NCBI GenBank assembly: GCA_002269645.1
Contig: NIVC01003249.1
Coordinates: 54,539 to 109,144, forward strand
From: Macrostomum lignano
Taxonomy: Eukaryota
DNA: 54,606 nt
Direction: 5' to 3'
Shown in pieces: positions 48,946 through 54,606 of the stretch (position 1 is its first letter; the number at the start of each line of letters is the position of its first letter). The notes beneath the pieces were generated by a model that was not told the DNA's origin, ran no database searches, and worked only from the letters and a program-made list of their open reading frames with translations. The position numbers and the translations under genes are program-made.

Positions 48946-49499
48946 CCTGATTGTTCAAGACCTTTTAAAGACTTAATTTTAGCCTTGTATACTATACTTA
49001 ATATAATATTATTATACAACTGTTTAAATAACTTCTTTAGACATTTCAGCAAAGCTTTCAAAGCAAAGAAGTTTACGGCTGTGAAATTAGTTTATACATG
49101 TTTTCTGTTTAAAATTCTGAAACATTCCTTTTTGCTGTCATAGCGACGGGCCAGTGAAAATCAGCGTACTGATTTTTTTCCTTTCCTTTTTGTACATATC
49201 TGCTTTGCACGAAGTGCACCAACTGCACCGCTGATGGCCTTTGATCTCCTAACTTTGCTAGTTTATTTTTAGTACTGTACGAACTTTATATAGCAAATTG
49301 TTAAAAGCCTGGAGCTGACATTTTGAATAAAGATTTTTTCAATACATTTTTCGCTACATTCCTTTGCTTCTATGGTGCAGTTTGTATCTTATCAATTGTT
49401 TGTTTACAGAACTCTGTTTAGTTTTGCTAGTTCATGGTGTCCTTTTTGTATAATTTCATTCTGTTTTCGCAATTGGGTGTTTGTGGCTAATAAAAATAT

Positions 49500-49902
<403 letters not shown>

Positions 49903-51224
49903 TTAACCATATCGGCATAACTGCACTCGCTTGAATTGGAACTCACATTTTGGCTTTCCTGTTACGCTAAAGAATTAAACAGCTGTTGTTTGTCATCTAT
50001 AGCTAATCCTTATGATATCCGGCATTTATCGCATTTTCTAGTAGGCAATTTAGTCCGACAAATTTTAACCTGTTTGCACGATTTTGGGTTTGTTTTTTGT
50101 CAAGCAAAGAACAAGGTACATCTGTAGGTTTTTCTGAACTTTACTTCGACTTTGAAAGGAGTTTTAAAGACTTTCTTAAAGTAAATTGTGCTTTAAATTT
50201 AAAATTTTCTTCTATAATACTACTCACTTTGTTGTAAAGTAGTAGTATGCGTAACTGTTACATATAAAATTCACTAACGCTTTATATTTCTCAATGGTAT
50301 TTGATTTCTCTCCCTCTCTCCTTTATTCTTAATAGAATTTCACTGCACCAACAAGCAATGCTATTTATGTAAGCCATCTATATTTAGTCTGGAAAGCTCA
50401 CACTGAGTTTGTGTACACAGCAACCCTTTTGTATGCCTATATGTACCTGACTTTTACCAGTTTTCACATTGCCATTTTCTGAGTAGAGTAGCTGGAGTAT
50501 GTACTTTTGATTGTGCTAATCATGACCAAATCCTAAATCTGCACACTAAATATATTGATTGACTGGCGCGGCTGCACCTGGCTAAAGTCTAGAATGGATT
50601 GATCAAAAATAAATCTGTCAATGAATCTGTCAAAAATAAACAGTTTTTTACTGGTCAATTTAATGCTTATTTGTGGCATTGACTGATTGAGTGTAAGAAT
50701 TCTTGATTACTTATTGATTGTGTGTTTGTTAAATTGATTGCTTGTTTAAAATTTTTTTATTAATTGTTTAGATGATTGACTGGTTGCTTCTGACTTGGTC
50801 TATCAATTTACATCGATCTCGTCGTAGATCTGAAAACCACTGTTTTCGCATAAATAAGAAAAAATCGTTCAATTAGAAAGAGAAAATTAAAACAATAAAA
50901 TGGCTTGTTCCTGACTGGCCATTTTTAAGCATGCCAAAGAGGTCAGTGTGAGCAATGTTTCAATGTAAGCAGTTCAAATTCTATCAAGCCTATACATGTA
51001 TATAGCAATAAACCCAGTGCAGTCTCTGCAATGCGGCCAATACGTTGCAATCTTCGGGATTCGCTCGTGTTTTAGATAAGATAAGAAAGCCTGTCTTTTA
51101 GTTTGACTGCAATTGCAAGGAGTAATGTACGATTGGGGCGCCGTGTTAGGGGTTGGAGGTGAAGGGGTGCCCGTTTCATGGACGATCTTAAGATAGAGAT
51201 CTGGATTAGAAATCGGCGCTAAAT

Positions 51225-51745
51225 TCTAGTCTATGGCGCTTAATTGGCGCTTAACTCTAGTCTGGGGCGCTTAATTGGCGCTTAACTCTAGTCTGGGGCG
51301 CTTAATTGGCGCTTAACTCTAGTCTATGGCGCTTGATTGGCGCTAAACTCTAGTCTGGGGCGCTTAATTGGCGCTAAACTCTAGTCTATGGCGCCTAATT
51401 GGCGCTAAACTCTAGTCTATGGCACCTTATTGGCGCTAAACTCTAGTCTATGGCGCCTAATTGACGCTAAACTCTAGTCTATGGCACTTAATTGGCGCTA
51501 AACTCTAGTCTATTGCGCCTAATTGGCGCTAAACTCTAGTCTATGGCGCCTAATTGGCGCTAAACTCTACTCTAGTCTATGGCACTTAATTGGCGCTAAA
51601 CTCTAGTATGTGGCGCCTAATTGACGCTAAACTCTAGGCTATGTGGCGCCTAATTGACGCTAAACTCTAGTCTATGGCGCTTAGTTGGCGCTAAACTCTA
51701 GGCTGTGGCGCTTAATTGGCGCTAAACTCTATTCTGGGGCGCTAT
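51225..51745. repeat. 31-bp minisatellite
   Basis: Unit AATTGGCGCTAAACTCTAGTCTATGGCGCCT. Confidence 0.95.
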
Positions 51746-52204
51746 AGAGGCACTAAAATCGTTTCCGAATGTGGTATAGTTTTTAAATTTACTGCAGATA
51801 AAGAAGACCAGCAGTCCAGATGCTCTCTCCGTTTAGAAGTCTCTGGCTCTCACGACAGACCCACCTGAGAACGCGGGCCCTAGAGAAACAGTTACAGATA
51901 AAAGCCGGTATTTCTGCCGCTGAGAAATAATTCCTCTTGTGTAAAGACCTCTGCCTGAAGGTGCTTCTTCTGTATTTTTTAAAATTCAATAGCTAAATCT
52001 ACTTTTTGCATACAGTTTTGGTGAGTTGAATAAATCAATTTACATGTACATGCTTACAACGTAAACATCTCAACTAGAATGAATCAGTAGGCAGTGCTGC
52101 TACATGGAATTCACTGGCTATTTACAATATATAGAACATCTAATGAATATAGCTCGTAGTATTGAATAGATTCCATCTATCAACTGAATCTCGAAGATAT
52201 CAAG

Positions 52205-52548
52205 GTGCTGGTGCCCCTGGTGCTGGCGCCCCCTGGTGCTAAAGCCCCTGGTGCTAAAGCCCCTGGTGTTAAAGCCCCTGGTGCTAAAGCCCCTGTGCTA
52301 AAGCCCTGGTGCTAAACCCTGGTGCTAAAGCCCCTGGTGCTAAAGCCCTGGTGCTAAAGCCCCTGGTGCTAAAGCCCCTGGTGCTAAAGCCCCTGGTGCT
52401 AAAGCCCCTGGTGCTAAAGCCCCTGGTGCTAAAGCCCCTGGTGCTAAAGCCCCTGGTGCTAAAGCCCCTGGTGCTAAAGACCCTTGTGCTAAAGCCCTGG
52501 TGCTAAAGCCCCTGGTGCTAAAGCCCCTGGTGCTAAAGCCCTGGTGCT
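52205..52548. repeat. 15-bp minisatellite just upstream of the Ly6 gene acceptor
   Basis: Unit GTGCTAAAGCCCCTG. Confidence 0.95.
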
Positions 52549-52593
52549 CAAATTTGAGCCTGAACTCCATCGCACCCGCAGACTCCGCTAGCC

Positions 52594-53130
52594 ATGCTGC
52601 TCCAGCCGAACTCCCTGTTGTTCACCGTCTGCTCCCTGGTCGCCGTCGCCAGCCTCCTGACCCCGGCATCGGGCCTGAGCTGCTACATTTGCGACAGCCT
52701 GACCGAGCCTGACTGTCTGCAAAATCCGCCAGACGATTTGAAGGCCGACTGCGCTGTCGGCCGTCAGCTCGGCAAGAATAGGCGGCCTCCGGTGCCAGAC
52801 GCTCAGGTGTGCTGGACTCAGCGACAGGAGGTCGGCGACACCAACGTGGTGGTGCGGCACTGTGGCGGCAAGGCCAGTGTTGAGGAGGGCGACAGCGCCG
52901 AGGACTCCTGCTACGATCGGGTCGGCTCGAAGGGCGTCCGCGCGACCTACTGCCGGTGCAGCAAAGACTTTTGCAATGCAGCCAGTCGGTCGGTTGAAGC
53001 TTCAATGCTGACAGCGCTCCTGACTGCCTGCTGGGTGTCCGGGGCCTGCTGTTCAACTGAGTTCAAGCTGAAGCTGGATTCAACCAGTCACAATTGTTTC
53101 TCCTTGTTTTGCTTTTTGCTTGAGGAGTAG
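52594..53130 (+). CDS. Ly6/uPAR three-finger (quiver/sleepless-like) protein, probably GPI-anchored; with +1 C at 53027-53028 it ends LLTALLGVRGLLFN* at 53060
   Basis: Signal peptide, LSCYIC start of the domain, CRCSKDFCN end motif and a hydrophobic tail. Acceptor CACCCGCAG lies just upstream at 52573-52581. Confidence 0.85.
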   Translation: MLLQPNSLLFTVCSLVAVASLLTPASGLSCYICDSLTEPDCLQNPPDDLKADCAVGRQLGKNRRPPVPDAQVCWTQRQEVGDTNVVVRHCGGKASVEEGDSAEDSCYDRVGSKGVRATYCRCSKDFCNAASRSVEASMLTALLTACWVSGACCSTEFKLKLDSTSHNCFSLFCFLLEE

Positions 53131-53269
53131 AAAGCAACTATGGCAAGTTGAGTTGTGTAGTTCCGAGTTATTTAGAAATATAGTCCCCTGTTTGAAGTAT
53201 AGGGATTGTCGTAATGGATATTTTATAAGCTCAATGGCTAATTTAGAATTTTCTTGCCAGCGTCTATAG

Positions 53270-54606
53270 AGCATCTAGCAGCCATCTGGAACATCTATTA
53301 AACACATCTAGATCACCTACTGAACGTCTGAACAGCTAATGAATATCTATACCATCTAGAACATCTACGTGAACAGTTAGGCATCTAGGGGAACATCTAG
53401 TGAACAGTTGATTCTAGGGGAACATCTACGTGAACAGTTAGACCATCTAGGGGAACATCTAGTGAACAGTTTGATCATTAGGAACATCTAGTGAACAGTT
53501 GATCATCTAGGGGAACATCTAGTGAACAGTTTGATCATCTAGGGAACACCTAGTAAACAGTTAGACCATCTAGGGGAACATCTATGTGAACAGTTGATCA
53601 TCTAGGGAACATCTATGAACAGTTGATCATCTAGGGAACATCTATGAACAGTTAATCATCTAGGGGAACATCTAGTGAACATTAGACATCTAGGGGAACA
53701 TCTAGTGAACAGTTATGATCATCTAGGGAACATCTAGTGAACAGTTGATCATTAGGGAACATCTAGTGAACAGTTTGATCATCTAGGGGAACACCTAGTG
53801 AACAGTTTAGACCATCTAGGGGAACATCTAGTGAACAGTTTGATCATCTAGGGAAACATCTAGTGAACAGTTTGATCATCTAGGGGAACATCTAGTGAAC
53901 AGTTTGATCATCTAGGGACACTCTAGTGAACGTTTGATCATCTAGGGAACATCTAGTGAACAGTTTGATCATCTAGGGGACACCTAGTGAAACAGTTTGA
54001 TCATTAGGGGAACATCTAGTGAACAGTTTGATCATCTAGGGGACACCTAGTGAACAGTTTGATCATCTAGGGAACATCTAGTGAACAGTTTGATCATTAG
54101 GGGACACTGTGAACAGTTTGATCATCTAGGGGGACACCTAGTGAACAGTTTGATCATCTAGGGGAACATCTAGTGAACAGTTTGATCATCTAGGGGGACA
54201 CCTAGTGAACAGTTTGATCATCTAGGGGACACCTGTGAACAGTTTGATCATCTAGAGGACACCTAGTGAACAGTTTGATCATCTAGGGGACACATCTAGT
54301 GAACAGTTTGATCATCTAGGGGGACACCTAGTGAACAGTTTGATCATCTAGGGGGACACCTAGTGAACAGTTTGATCATCTAGGGGAACATCTAGTGAAC
54401 AGTTTGATCATCTAGGGAACATCTAGTGAACAGTTTGATCATCTTAGGGAAATCTAGTGAACAGTTTGATCATCTAGGGGAACATCTAGTGAACGTTTGA
54501 TCATCTAGGGAATATCTAGTGAACAGTTTAGATCATCTAGGGGAATATCTACGTGAACAGTTAGATCATCTAGGGGAACATCTAGTGAACAGTTTGATCA
54601 TCTAGG
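53270..54606. repeat. ~32-bp minisatellite running off the window end
   Basis: Unit TAGTGAACAGTTTGATCATCTAGGGGAACATC, more degenerate at its 5' edge. Confidence 0.95.

Noticed and set aside
51790-51900. Possible distal terminal exon of the egal-like gene (TTTACTGCAG acceptor)
   Set aside because: It needs a weak donor at ~46446 and adds only a short featureless peptide. The ORF already ends at 46575, so it is unsupported without transcripts.

Overview
Eukaryotic (animal) genomic DNA, not prokaryotic. GC-rich exons are separated by spliceosomal introns and AT-rich intergenic DNA. The style resembles a free-living flatworm such as Macrostomum, but this is inference only. Seven genes can be reconstructed by hand. 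Minus strand: a secreted fibrinogen-related protein, a two-pore K+ (K2P) channel, a MYND-finger protein, a three-qRRM hnRNP F/H-like protein and a spliced hAT-transposase-derived gene. Plus strand: an Egalitarian-like winged-helix/OB protein and a Ly6/three-finger GPI protein. Almost every intron holds its own private minisatellite, which explains the many long low-complexity ORFs in the track. The intergenic DNA holds foldback elements, a near-perfect hairpin, strongly CpG-depleted blocks and a 2-kb TIR transposon with an 8-bp target-site duplication. That transposon sits inside an inverted, C>T/G>A-mutated copy of the hnRNP gene's first exon. Six of the seven genes need a single-base homopolymer correction to read through, most likely long-read assembly error. 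All exon coordinates and counts are manual.
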